64,000 bases of DNA from Eledone cirrhosa (Eukaryota). Shown here in pieces: positions 12,931-25,949 of this stretch. The DNA is taken from positions 94,922,001 through 94,986,000 of the forward strand of contig OZ024742.1 in assembly GCA_964016885.1 (NCBI GenBank), given 5' to 3'. Within the stretch, counting starts at the first letter, position 1; every line of letters starts with the position of its first letter. The notes beneath the pieces are model-generated. The model did not search any database. It was not told the origin of the DNA and saw only the letters and a list, made by a program, of their open reading frames with translations. Made by a program: the position numbers and the translations under genes.

Positions 12931-13800
12931 TATTGGCACATACTCTCAAATCTCTTGGCTGCTTTCATTTACAATAATTTTAGTTTTGTTGAATTAGCAA
13001 TCTATATATTCTGCCCAAACTCACCTCATATATATTTTCACTTTCAACACAATTCATTTTCATTCAACTACGAAATTACAGCAAATTAAAATGAATAAAA
13101 GGACAGTGGAAAATAAAACAATTATTAGAGTCATGTAGTTAAAATGAAGTGTTGTGAGATACGTAGTAAAAGGCAGAACATTTTTTAAAAAGCTGGTACA
13201 ATGTGATAGAAAAATGTGAAGGAATGCTAAAATACACTGGTTAAAACATTACATTGTTTTGTTTCATTTGTCATCATTTATCCTTCGTATGTTTCTTCTA
13301 CATTGTTTGTGTTTTCAAAAAACAGTCATCAGTCTTTTAAAACAATTATTACTGGAGGTTTATGACAAAGACCAAAGATTTGTCAGCAGGATGCCAAGAA
13401 CCCCATGTCATTCTTATTGATACAACAAAAGAACACCACCCACTTAAAACTAATAAAATAGCTTTTTATTTCATCCTACTGGGGGTGAGAAATATTCAAT
13501 AACACTGAAGTACTGGGGTTGATTAAATCAACTTTGCTTTTAGCCCTAATTTCTTGGACTTGTATCTAAATTAGAAATCAAAATTTTAGCAAAGCACTGA
13601 TTTACAAATAGTGATTTACATAAGAGAGGAACAGTAATCTAAATAATGAATGTTACATAAATGATTGAGTAGAGAGGTATCAAGTATATTACATGATTTT
13701 ATGGACAAATGGAAATTGATAGTTGCTGTTTTGAAAGGAAATGCAGCATTTATATAAATATGAATGAATACTGATATTTTGCAATGAATATGACTGAATA

Positions 13801-14190
13801 ATCATCATCTTCCTGTTACTTGTGCAGCTAGATGTTCTGATAGCCAGCAATTGCCACTAATCTCTGTCTTATGCAGACAGGCTGCATTATTGAGAGCTGT
13901 CTAGTTCTTGATGTTATCAAACCAGGATTTTATTTGTCTTCCTCTTCTTTGCCTTTCTTCAACTATGTCCTGGAGAATGGTTTTGGACTAGAAATCATGG
14001 CAGGATATGCAATCATGCCAAGTGAATTTCTGTCTCTTTACCATCACCAGAGGTAGTTCCTGCCTGCTAGCATTTATAGTGACTTGATCTTTTACAAAGT
14101 GTTTTGCATGTTTATATACAGGATATGTGGCAGCCTTTTGAAGCACTTGTGTCTAATGCTCTGATCTTCATTGCATGTCCACTGTGTCTC
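13801..14190 (-). pseudogene. Old RTE LINE 3' fragment
   Basis: Minus strand encodes KTILQDIVEERQRRGRQIKSWFDNIK, typical of the RTE ORF2 C-terminus; short (GAT)n tail. Confidence 0.65.
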
Positions 14191-16064
14191 TGGGGATAGG
14201 ACTAAATACATAAACCATGAATATCACTAAATACTCACATACTTAATTATGAACATGACTAAATTCACTCAAATATGAACGTGTGTAAATGCTAGGATTT
14301 AACAAGAGACAATAAGGATTCTGATTTAAGCACAAGGCCAACAATTTTTGGTGGGACAGGAAATTCAATTAAATTGACCCCAGTGCATTACTGGTATTTT
14401 ATTTTATTGACCCCATAAGTGTGAAAAGGGAAAGCTGACTTCAGTGGGATTTGATCTTATAATGTAAAGGGCTGCAACTCTATACCACAAAGCATGCTGT
14501 TTGACTCTCAACCAATATTGCTCATCCACTGCTCTAGAGACATTAATATAGACACTTTCTTCATCATTGATGTAATAATGAATGTTCACTATGGCAAAAT
14601 TTAAACCCAAGACATATTGAAATAATGTACAATCCCCCCACTCTACTGTTTTTATTGGGAGTAAATATAAGATAAATATAAGTATCATATGCACCAATAT
14701 TACAGAGAATTGGTAGAGTTGCATTGGACAAAATGCTTCACCATATTTGTTCTGGCTCTCTTCACTCAAGGGGCAGTTGAAATATGCAGAGGTCAAGTTT
14801 GTCATTAGAGTTTGTTAAAATAAAGTACCAGCCCAGAACTGTAGATTGGTCAAATTGTTATTGCATCACCTGACATGCTTTGAAGTATTTGTTCTCGTGT
14901 TTTGCATTCTGAGTTCAATTCCTATTGGGCAATAAATTTAATCTCTTATCCAGATTAATATGAGCCAACTCACCCTTGGCTCCTTTTAGTGGAATCCAAT
15001 CTCAAATATTTTTGCAAGGTCTTCCATCTGAGGATAACTTCTTTTCCTCTCAACAATCCCCGAGTCTCTCAAGAAGGGATATAGGCATTTCTCTTCCCTC
15101 CTTAACTAAACGGTAAAAATTTAAAAAAGCCCAAAACAAAAAAAGCCAACTAAAGTTAACCTGAGTATGTCTTCAACTAAGAACTAGGAAACTCAATTAT
15201 GTAAATGAAACTGAGAGCAGTAACATCGATATCAATATTTACAGTTGTTTCATAGTACAGGTAAACTGAATGGTGAATGTGTTACTCCAGAGGTTGATTA
15301 AGGAAGATCTGCTGAAAGAGTCAGTCCCCTTTGTGGAGGGTTATTTCTGTGAATAGCTATTTTCAATCTGATTGCTCTAGGTAGGGAGATGGAAGTGGGA
15401 CACAACATAACAGTTAAAGTACAAAATCCTTTTAACCCTCATGTTAGGAAAGGACTCCGGCTATAAAAACCACGCCAAAAATGAAATGTATGAGCAAGAC
15501 ATGGTTCCCTTGGCCTGGATAGTCTCAATCCTTGACAATCCATCGAACTCATGCCACATGAAGAACAGAACTACAATGAGGATGATGACATGAATAATAT
15601 ATTTAGAAATTGAATCAGTAGCACCACATCAGTCTATTTGAGTTTAATCAAGCGTAGAGCCTGTTCTTTTTCAAACTAATCATTCATTAATATAATTGAT
15701 AGGAAACTGTAAAAATAATTATAGATATAAAAGCTTAAACAGGAAATGATAAGGAAAAAAAACCTCAAATTCAATATGAATATTAAAATAAATAAAATTA
15801 GAATTGTTTTTTAAGTAGAGATTTCTATAAAACAGGAAATATTCTTTGGGATAATTTTAATTTAGTTTGATTGTTTTCTTATTCTAAATCTTCAAAAACT
15901 TGTGAAATGCTGGAAATATTTTTTTATTTCCTATTCATTTACTACTTTTATATATATATGTATCGACAGTCGATCAACTTTCATCAAATCAGACCGAAGA
16001 AAAAATGTTTCCATTGGTCTTTCCAATTGCTAATACACTCTATAGGTTGCAACTCCAGGTAGGA

Positions 16065-16353
<289 letters not shown>

Positions 16354-16398
16354 CGTAAAATAAGAAAATTATAAAATTAACTTACTTACTAAAATATC

Positions 16399-16480
16399 AC
16401 TTCCAACTAATTAGTTTCTAGAATGGAATAAATATATTTTCCGAAGAAGATACAGAGAAGCATTCCGTCGTCAGGGAAGT
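16399..16480 (-). ncRNA. Type I hammerhead ribozyme (retrozyme unit 1)
   Basis: ACTTCC-CTGACGA-cGGAATG..loop..CATTCTa-GAAA-CTAATTAG-TT-GGAAGT: 6-bp stem I, palindromic stem III, GUU triplet. Confidence 0.8.
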
Positions 16481-16920
16481 CTATTCTCATCTAAGTATCC
16501 AGGCAAGGCGTGGACACTGGAAACTTATTAAAAAATAATTCAGTGGATAGAAAATAGCAAAGCGTGGACTGAATTCCTAGCTATTGAGAAAATCACTGCC
16601 TCTGCGTCGGTGGCAAATTCAAAAAGAATCAATCACGTGACATCGAGGTCAATCAGTGGAAAGTGGTTTGCTAATAAGACAGCGGCCTGCCTGCTACCAT
16701 AGCAGCAGTCATGGCCAATATTGCTCGACAAATAATTTGGAGATAATTATAAAGAATTAATATCTTGTAACATATATATACATACAGATGCATATCAATG
16801 CTAGCAAATATATAGGTTTTGTCTTAGTAACTTTGTGGTTCAATGCATGGGGTTGCAGAACAATAATATGAGAGACGTAAAATAAGAAAATTATAAAATT
16901 AACTTACTTACTAAAATATC

Positions 16921-17002
16921 ACTTCCAACTAATTAGTTTCTGGAATGGAATAAATATATTTTACGAAGAAGATACAGAGAAGCATTCCGTCGTCAGGCAA
17001 GT
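16921..17002 (-). ncRNA. Type I hammerhead ribozyme (retrozyme unit 2)
   Basis: Same motif; perfect GGAATG/CATTCC stem II, one stem I mismatch. Confidence 0.78.
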
Positions 17003-17435
17003 CTATTCTCATCTAAGTATCCAGGCAAAGCGGGGACACTGGAAACTTATTAAAAAATAATTCATTGGATAGAAAATAGCAAAGCGTGGACTGAATTCCT
17101 AGCTATTGAGAAAATCACTGCCTCTGCGTCGGTGGCAAATTCAAAAAGAATCAATCACGTGACATCGAGGTCAATCAGTGGAAAGTGGTTTGCTAATAAG
17201 ACAGCGGCCTGCCTGCTACCATAGCAGCAGTCATGGCCAATATTGCTCAACAAATAATTTGGAGATAATTATAAAGAATTAATATCTAGTAACATATATA
17301 TACATACAGATGCATATCAATGCTAGCAAATATATAGGTTTTTGTCTTAATAACAGTGTGGTTCAATGCATGGCGTTGCAGAACAATAATATGAGAGACG
17401 TAAAATAAGAAAATTATAAAATTAACTTACTTACT

Positions 17436-17470
<35 letters not shown>

Positions 17471-17879
17471 TCATCATCATCATACGTCCACTTTTTCCTG
17501 CTTGCATACACGCACACACACACACATACACACACACGCACACACACACACATACACACTGACACTCTCACTCACACTCTCTCTCTCTCTCTCTATTTGT
17601 CTCTAATATTCCAACATATCTTAATCAAAAGATAAAATATCAAATGGTTGGGGATTGACATATGAGTAAAACTGATTTATGTTAGTTTGTCTGACTTATA
17701 CCCTGCCAAATTGAAATTTTAGCTTAAGTATACTATATATAAATGAATATATATAGATATAGATATATAGATATATTATGATAATACACCAAACCAAAAT
17801 GGTTAATTATATTTAATTTTAATAAATTAACAAACGTTTCATCCATATTTTAAGTAGATACATACTAATGTTTAACGTT

Positions 17880-18757
17880 AAACATTAGTTGTTGGGTTAA
17901 AATTAACTTCAAAGACCCTCATGTATAGATAAGAAATGTATAACTTGTAAAATAAGCCCCCATATTAGCTGCAAAACTAGAAATGTAGTGTATAGCATAA
18001 GATGTACTGAAGGACAATGTAGAAACAAAAATATAGTGTACATAGGTGAGACAGCTCGTAGTATAGGGGAACGGATAAATGAACACTGGCGAGACCTTCA
18101 AGATAATAAAGAATCATCTGTACTCTACCAACATGCTAAGATATAACACAAGGGTAAATTAGAGAACATAGAAATAAAAATAGAATCTACACACAGAAAA
18201 GATGCAATGTTTAGACAAATTACAGAGGCAATAAACATAAAAGAATTACAACCAAAATTAAATAGAAAATATGAGTGGAACAGCAACATCACAACTTACA
18301 ATTAAGGACAAAATGAAAACACACACACACATAGAACAAACAACCAACCAATAACATGTAAATAAATAAATAAATAAACAAATAGATAAATGAACATAAA
18401 CACACACAGACACCCGGATGTGGCGCATGCGCAAACTGAGCACACAACACACACACAGAAACAAAATGGCGTAGGACAGAACAAAGGAGAGGCACAGAAA
18501 CAAAGAAAGGAATCCCCAGTCACTGAAGAGGTCACAGAGTGTGTGACGAAAGGACTATGACTATATATAAACAACTATCTGGTTGTGGAACCAACCAACC
18601 AACCAGAAATTTATAAACTTGTAAATTTATAAATATATAATAAATTGAAGTGAAAGCAACTGGTGCGTGTGTTTCTTATTGGCAACATGACCCTCCCAAA
18701 GTATAACAATATCGGTTTCAACACACGATTTCAGATAAAGAATCTTGCTAAACAAAT
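17880..18757 (+). mobile_element. Penelope-like element family A, 5'-truncated
   Basis: CIDKKCITCK..CKTRNVVYSIRCTEGQC..VYIGETARSIGERINEH..FRQITEAINIKELQPKLNRKYEW (GIY-YIG, one stop). 3' terminus 18688-18757 matches 8961-9030. Confidence 0.85.
18518..18562 (+). ncRNA. Minimal type I hammerhead ribozyme (PLE-A)
   Basis: AGTCA-CTGAAGA-g-GTCACA..TGTGAC-GAAA-ggac-TA-TGACT; perfect 5-bp stem I. Confidence 0.8.
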
Positions 18758-19113
18758 TCAGAAACGATTTATTTATATTTTCATTTAATAGTTGTGATGA
18801 TACCAAGTTTCTGTTTATTTGATAAGTTAAGTAATAATTATGTATCTACTTAAAATATGGATGAAACGTTCATTAATTTATTAAAATGAAATATAATTAA
18901 ATCTTTTGGTCTTGTATATTATCATAATATTTATGCTCTATGAGTTTATATGGTTACTTTAAATATGGATTTCATATAACTCAAACCTGAATTCTATTTA
19001 GCATTTTGAATGGTTTATTGTGATAAATAAATCTCATAATTTGAGCTGTAATCTTTCTTCACCAACATTTATCTGTTTTCTTGTTTGAAAACGATATTTT
19101 ATTATCTATATAT

Positions 19114-19487
19114 GGAGGCACATGGCTTAGTGGTTAGAACATTGGCCTTGCAATCGAAAGGTTGTGAGTTCAATTCTCAGACCAGGTGATGTGTTGTTTC
19201 CTTGAGCAAGATACTTTATTTCACATTGCTCCAGTTTACTCAGCTGTAGAAATGAGATGATAGGAGTGGGGTCCCTATCATTCCACTGCAAAGTGGTCAT
19301 GGAGGGGCCATAGAAAAAAGCACCCAGCCCACACTGTAAAGTGGACGTGTAGGTGCCACGGAAAAAAAGCACCCAGCACTCACCGTAAATGAGGTTGGTG
19401 TTAGGAATGGCATCCAAGTGTAGAAATCAAGCCAGAATCAATTCCCATCCCACTCTTGCAAGCAGGGAATAGTGGACGTAAAATGAT
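19114..19487 (+). mobile_element. CORE-like SINE (family C), full length
   Basis: A-box TGGCTTAGTGG, B-box GAGTTCAATTC, MIR-CORE-like CCTTGAGCAAGAtACTTT..CTCAGCTGTAGAAATGAG, RTE-like 3' end. Confidence 0.85.
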
Positions 19488-20573
19488 CTAGAGCATGTAA
19501 AACTCCCTATTATTTTTATTTTTACAACTGATGAAGAATTCAGAATTTCCCATGACTACTTCTAAACGTCTCGTCTGTAGACTTCATCATCATCATTTAA
19601 CATCCATTCTTCCTAGTAGTAAGAATTGGATGTGTTACAGATTGATCAGTATTCAAACAGAATCTCTAACCACCAGGTGGGCATGGAAACCGTCTTATGA
19701 CTATGTGCTCTACTGAGTGCATTTTATTGTGGCATCAACACCAGGGACGTTACATATCTTTGACACAGTCAAAGAGTTTTCTTGACATTTTGTTTGGCAT
19801 TTATGGTTAGATGCTCTTCCCATCACCAACCATTTTACAGAGTGCACTGGATGCATTTATTAAGTAGATCCCCAACACTTGGGGGGTTGGTGTATCCTGG
19901 ACATAGCTGAAGTATTCTTCCAGCTCTTTAGCCCTTTAGTCCGATAACAACATTAAATATAATATATGTTTAACTCCTATCTAAGAGTGTGAGAATGTGT
20001 CTTATCTGGAGAGTGAAAACATTCATGTATCATTCTTTTACTTGTTTCAGTCTTGGGGCATAGACTTGAGGGGAATTAGATGATCATATCGTCTCCACTA
20101 TTTATTATGTCAAATCTGGTATTTATTTTATTGATCTCTTTTTGTCAAATTGCTAACTTACGTGATATAAAAACAGACATAAATGATTGGTGCTATGAAG
20201 GTCATCCATCTGTAAAACATTGCCCCCAAAAGGTCCCATCCAGCTCTTGTCAACATGGAATAGACAACGTAAAAACGATGATAATGAAGATATATGCAGT
20301 TTCCGTCTATCAAATTTAATGCACAATGACTTGATCAACTTGGAGCTATTACAGAAAATACTTGTCCAAGGTGTCACATATTGGGTCTAAACCAGAAATC
20401 AAGTGGTTGCAAAGCAAACTTCTTTACACAGCCATGTAGAATATATGTGTGTGTGTGCGTGTGGGTATATGTTTGTTCAATTAGAGAGAATTAGTTGATT
20501 TAGAATCAGCTGACTTTTATATAACAGATGTCAAGCACTCAATGGTATATGTTTATCCAGAGATTTGCTATAA

Positions 20574-20750
20574 TAATTGTTTCTACTTTTGGCACAAGGC
20601 CAACAATTACCCAGTACATTACTGGTTCTTTATTTTATCGACCCCGTAAGGATGAAAGGCAAAGTTACCCGCAGCAGGATTTGAACTCAGAATGGCAAGG
20701 GCCGTAACTCTATCCGTCAAAGCATGACATCCGGCCCTCTACCGATAAGC
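20574..20750 (-). mobile_element. SINE family M
   Basis: Reverse complement of 58461-58640. Confidence 0.85.
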
Positions 20751-22020
20751 AAAAGATAGTTACTTTAGTTCATCCCTATTTATTTCATCATCATCATCAT
20801 CATCATACGTCCGCTCTTCACTGCTTGCAACGTATTTCAAAGATGTATGGCTTTTTTATAACATACGTTCTCTTCAGATAACATCCACAGGTGATGTAGA
20901 TATCATTTCATATGCAGGTGGTCAGACGAACTATTCCGTTCAGTGGCTGGCAAGCATATGCCTGGAAAAAACTCCCACACAGAAGATATTGTATAAGTGG
21001 GAAAAATATTATAGTTGGTGTTGACGTTTTTGAACTGGCTAGGGTATGAGGTTTCTGGATTGGTCAAATAGATCAAAAGAAAACAAATATGGATCGTTAG
21101 TCTATTTATTTATCACTTATGTTTGATTAAATTAGATACCATATTGAAATTTTAGATATTTATTCAAAGATGCTGAAGTTATATATTGAAGAAAATTTTA
21201 AATTACTAATTTCGTAGTCAATTTATATTTGTTTATATTTACAATTGTACTTTAGTAGATATTATATGAGTGGAAAAATATTTAACAGTTGGCTTTGTTT
21301 TTCTCATTTTTTTTTTTTAACTGGTATCATGTTACTGGATTAATCAATTAGTCCAAAGGAAAAGATGTATGTATTGAAGCCTATCTTATCATTTTTTGTT
21401 AGATTTAATTCGCTTAGATAATATTTAAAATGTTATATATATATATATATATATATATATACGCACATATATGTATGTATTTATGTATATATATGTATGT
21501 ATTTATATTTATATATAGATATATGTATATGTTCTTATTTTTACATTTAAAGAATTTAGTATTCCCTTAGTGTACTTCTACATATTATCACTTCTGGAAA
21601 CAACATTGAATATAAATAAGAGTTCATTACCTTCCATATGTGAGTATGAGTAGGACTGTAAAATGAAGGTATATATATAATGTGTCTGTATGAGAGTAAC
21701 TGCTAAGTGATGATATATATATTTTGTGTTAGTTTGTGTGTTGTGTATCTGATCTTAAATTGGTGTGTATATTTTGTTTATTGGTTTGTATGAGTGTAGT
21801 GTTCCTCATTTCAATTATTAAGTTTTACTCCCTCTTCGGAGTCTTTGGGTATGCAATCTTTGTCTGTTTATCCCATGCCACCCAGGAAAAGTTGCAGCCC
21901 TATCACCAGTTTTTATTGTTTTGAAATGGAAACTGCTACACAATTTTTTAACAGGACCCTCTACGCCCAACCCAAATCATCCCTTGCTAAACTGCATGAA
22001 GGATGATGTGAAAAATACTT

Positions 22021-22330
22021 GGAGTGACGTTTCTCAATAGAGTGCATAACTCATAGATCAGTGAGTCACTCCAGGTAGAGATGCTACTTCTCCAAATTGA
22101 GAGATCATAGCTCCAATATTACGGGCATGTGATTAGAATGCCTCAGGAAAGAATCATTGGATAGGTTTTGCAGGCAAAACCAACCAACAGGAGACCTAGT
22201 GGAAGACCCCGAGCAAAATGACTGTATAACAGCCATAAGCTGAGGTAATCACATTTGAGAATCCAGTCATGTTATTTGGAATTGGTTGCTTCTGAATGGA
22301 TCTGCAGAAAGGAGTGTTTGAGGACACTTC
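22021..22330 (+). pseudogene. RTE LINE ORF2 C-terminal relic
   Basis: GVTFLNRVHNS*ISESLQVE..IERS*LQYYGHVIRMPQERI..VLQAKPTNRRPSGRPRAK*. Confidence 0.75.
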
Positions 22331-22705
22331 TCTCATGAGCCTCTCAGGAATAAGTGGATGAAGAAGAAAGTTTGATATGTATATTTTGTGTTGATTTGTT
22401 TAAGTGTAAAGGGAAGGTGTATATATTTTGTGTTGGTTTGTGTAACAGGAAGGTGTATATATTTTGTGTGTGAGAAGTCAACTCCACCATTGCCATTGTA
22501 TTTGTGTGAGATAAAGAAATGGGAATAGTCACTTTATCATATTTAATTTTCTTTGGGGACTTTTTTCCAAATATTTGTTTCTATTATTTCTTCAGGACAA
22601 GGAGAAATTTGGAAGCTAATATGTTATTCCCTTTCTTTTTTACTTACTTCTCTCTGCTATTCTTCCTTTCATTCTATATTTCTTATTCAGGTTTGCTGGT
22701 TTTTG

Positions 22706-22738
<33 letters not shown>

Positions 22739-23057
22739 TCATTAATGATAAATGATTTCCAATGATATCAAAAAGGTTCTCTCTCATACTTAGTGAAAAT
22801 ATATATTCAAATGAAATTAAAAAAAATATAAGAAATAGATGCGGAAAATAATTCAGAGAATCAGAATTTTTAATTTTGTGGGAGGAAGGAAGGCATTAAA
22901 AAATCCTGCTCTCCCACCAAAATATCAAACAAATATTAACAACGTAAGTACTACTAAATATAATAATAATATAATGGAGTTGGTGTCAATGTTAATGTGA
23001 ACAACTGTTAATCAATAGAAGCATTCCTTCATATATTAAATAAAAGTGGTACCTTCT

Positions 23058-23110
<53 letters not shown>

Positions 23111-23301
23111 CGAGCAAGCGGGAGCATGAAAAAATCTATTTTGCATTTTGTTGCAGGATAATTAAATCTACCTATTGATTAAGCATGCATGTGTTAATGA
23201 AGAAAATGTGTGTTTATGTGTGTGTATGTACAAGCTTTTTCACATGTGTAAGTATACATACACATACCACCACCACCATCATCATTATCTTTTAACATAT
23301 A

Positions 23302-23333
<32 letters not shown>

Positions 23334-23336
23334 GCC

Positions 23337-23772
23337 TCATCATCTTCAACGTTTTACGTCTGTTCTTACACGCTAGCATGGGTTAGATGGGTTGTCCTGT
23401 TGTGGGCAGTGTCCAGTCGGCTGACCTTGTCTTGGTCATACGGGAAGTGATTTTGGCTTGCTTTTTACAACTGGATGCCCTTCCTAACACCAACCTCATT
23501 TTCAGTGAGTCCTGGGTGCTTTTTTTTCCGAGGCGCCTACACGTCCACTTTACAGTGTGGGCTGGGTGCTTTTTTGCCGTGGCACCACCACGACCACTTT
23601 GCAGTGGAATGATAGGGACCCCTGTCCTATCATCTCATTTCTACAGCTGAGTAAACTGGAGCAATGTGAAATAAAGTGTCTTGCTCAAGGAAACAACACA
23701 CCACCCGGTCTGAGAATTGAACTCACCTTTCGATTGCAAGCACAATGCTCTAACCACTAAACCATGTGCCTT
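23337..23772 (-). mobile_element. CORE-like SINE (family C), full length, variant tail
   Basis: Reverse complement of the 19114-19487 head and CORE region. Confidence 0.85.
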
Positions 23773-25062
23773 ATACACACACACACACACATACATTATA
23801 TATATTACCAAATCTGTTTGTTGGTTGGTCCAATTTAAGATGTCACCCTTTTTATTGTATATAATGAAGAGTAAAAGAGAGCAAATTAACAAATGGGTTG
23901 AAGCAGGAGTATATATAATTACAAAGTAGCAGGTAAATAGTAAGAGAGATAGTAGAAAAACCGCTGGAGGTGTGTACATATAAGTGCATATAGATGTACA
24001 CACACATTACACATACATGTGCAAACACACATATATGAAAGTAAATGTCGTCTGTTTATAACATTTTTACAAAGTTGTTTTCTTTTTACACTTGAAAAAA
24101 GTGTTATATCTTTTCATATATGTATCAAATGGAAAACACATATGAAAATATATAATCCTTTTCTCAATGTTTTTTTTCCTTTTTCTCAAACCACTACTTT
24201 CTTTTAATATTATATTTGTAATGTATATTAAAGTCATTATTTTTTCAACCTACAGATAAATAAATAAATTTGACAAGTTTGCATGTCTCTAAACTCAGCA
24301 TGTTTGCACACACATTCAGGCACTATTAGTCTAATCCTGTACTGTATATGTAGAAATATGTATTTATTTTATATTTGTAATGTGTTCAGTCATAATAAAT
24401 TCAATTATTTTTATTAATAAATTTAGACATTTTTATTTATTTACCCACTGCTACTCACAGTAGTAATGTGATACTTCCAAATAGTCATGTGATGGGTAAC
24501 AATCTAGTACATATATATGTCTGAGCACTCGATTGAGTGTGGGAATGTAAGTAAGCAAGCTGCAGGGCTCCCAGTTCATGTGAGAAGTCAGTATTTCCAT
24601 TTGTTCTGTGATGAACCATCCATTCCCTTAAAGGAAGAAAATATATTAAATGGTGTGGATAGTGATGATATGGATATCAGGCATATTCAAGTGATAATTT
24701 CACAATTGTGAGGTTTAGGTTTGATACCACTTAGTGGCATCTCAGCCAAGTGTTTTTCCATAACTTCAGATTGCCCCAAATTCGTATTAGTGATATTAGG
24801 GAGACAGAAATTGTGTAGATGCTTGTCGGATGGATTGTACATGTAATTCAAAGGACCAACTTTGTCAAGCTGATACTACATGAGAATTCTATTAATGATA
24901 CAAGTGTCTGTGAAAAAGTCAACCACTTAACACTTTTGACACTGAAACAACTTGCTCTTGGTTATATGATACAAGACTTTTTTATTTTAGAGTGTAAATA
25001 TTTATCTAAAAACTTTCTATCATACTTTTATGTAAGGGCCAGCTATATTCCAAACACCAGCT

Positions 25063-25235
25063 TTCTACTTTTGGCATAAGGCCAGTAATTATCCTAGTGT
25101 ATTACTGGTACTTTATTTTATCGACCTCGTAAGGATAAAATTCAAAGTTAACTTCAGTGGGATTTGAACTCAGACCTTAAAGGGTCGTAACCCTATGCTG
25201 CAAAGCATGGCACCTGACCCTCTACCAATACTGCT
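25063..25235 (-). mobile_element. SINE family M
   Basis: Reverse complement of 58461-58640. Confidence 0.8.
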
Positions 25236-25949
25236 ATGATAGTTAGTTATGTTGCTATATCCCTCCAAACTTTTGATTATTTTCAAAATTGTTTGACACG
25301 TTGTGCCACCCAATCTGGGAATTGAAATCAAGACTTCACAATCATGATCACAGCATATTAACAACTGTGAACTATAAGTTGTTTGTGTCTAGATGAAAGA
25401 TTGGACAGAATAGAGTGAGTGAGTTGTAATTACTTGTGTTGAGAGCCATGTAAGAATGAAAAATAGAGAGATAGGCTAACAATGTAAGCAAAGCATTTAG
25501 AGAGTAAAAGAATTCATGTTGCAAGTTGTTCTGCTTCTGTGACTAGAAGAAAGTCTGCAAATTGTGGTTGGGTAGGAAGTAAGAAATAGACATGACAGAT
25601 TGAAAGACTCACTGTTCTATGGCCAAGGGCTTCTGCTTCTATCAAATTCTGCAAACAGACAAGAGAGTGAGAGATTGCAATACCATCTTTTATACAATGT
25701 TATGCTGAGTTTGTTCATTTGGTGGAATTTTGGTGCTACAATTAGCTGTTTATGAAAATGCTGATATGGCAATGCAGAAAACACAAAAGTAACTGTTGTT
25801 TTGGAGCCAATAACAATCTGGTTATGTACAATTTGGCTAGACACACACATACACCTATATATATATGTGTGTGTGTGTATGTGTGTGTATGTGTGTGTGT
25901 GTGTGTGTGCATATACAGAAAAATATCCATATATACAGATACATATATA

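Noticed and set aside
15737-15841. Recurrent AAACAGGAA(A/G) ETS-like motifs (also about 2272, 53914, 54000)
   Set aside because: Short motifs are expected by chance in AT-rich DNA; no independent support.
19114-19185. tRNA gene
   Set aside because: A/B boxes run directly into a SINE body found in multiple copies; no convincing cloverleaf.
24517-24711. 64-aa ORF of ordinary composition
   Set aside because: No recognisable motif; its end overlaps an old SINE.
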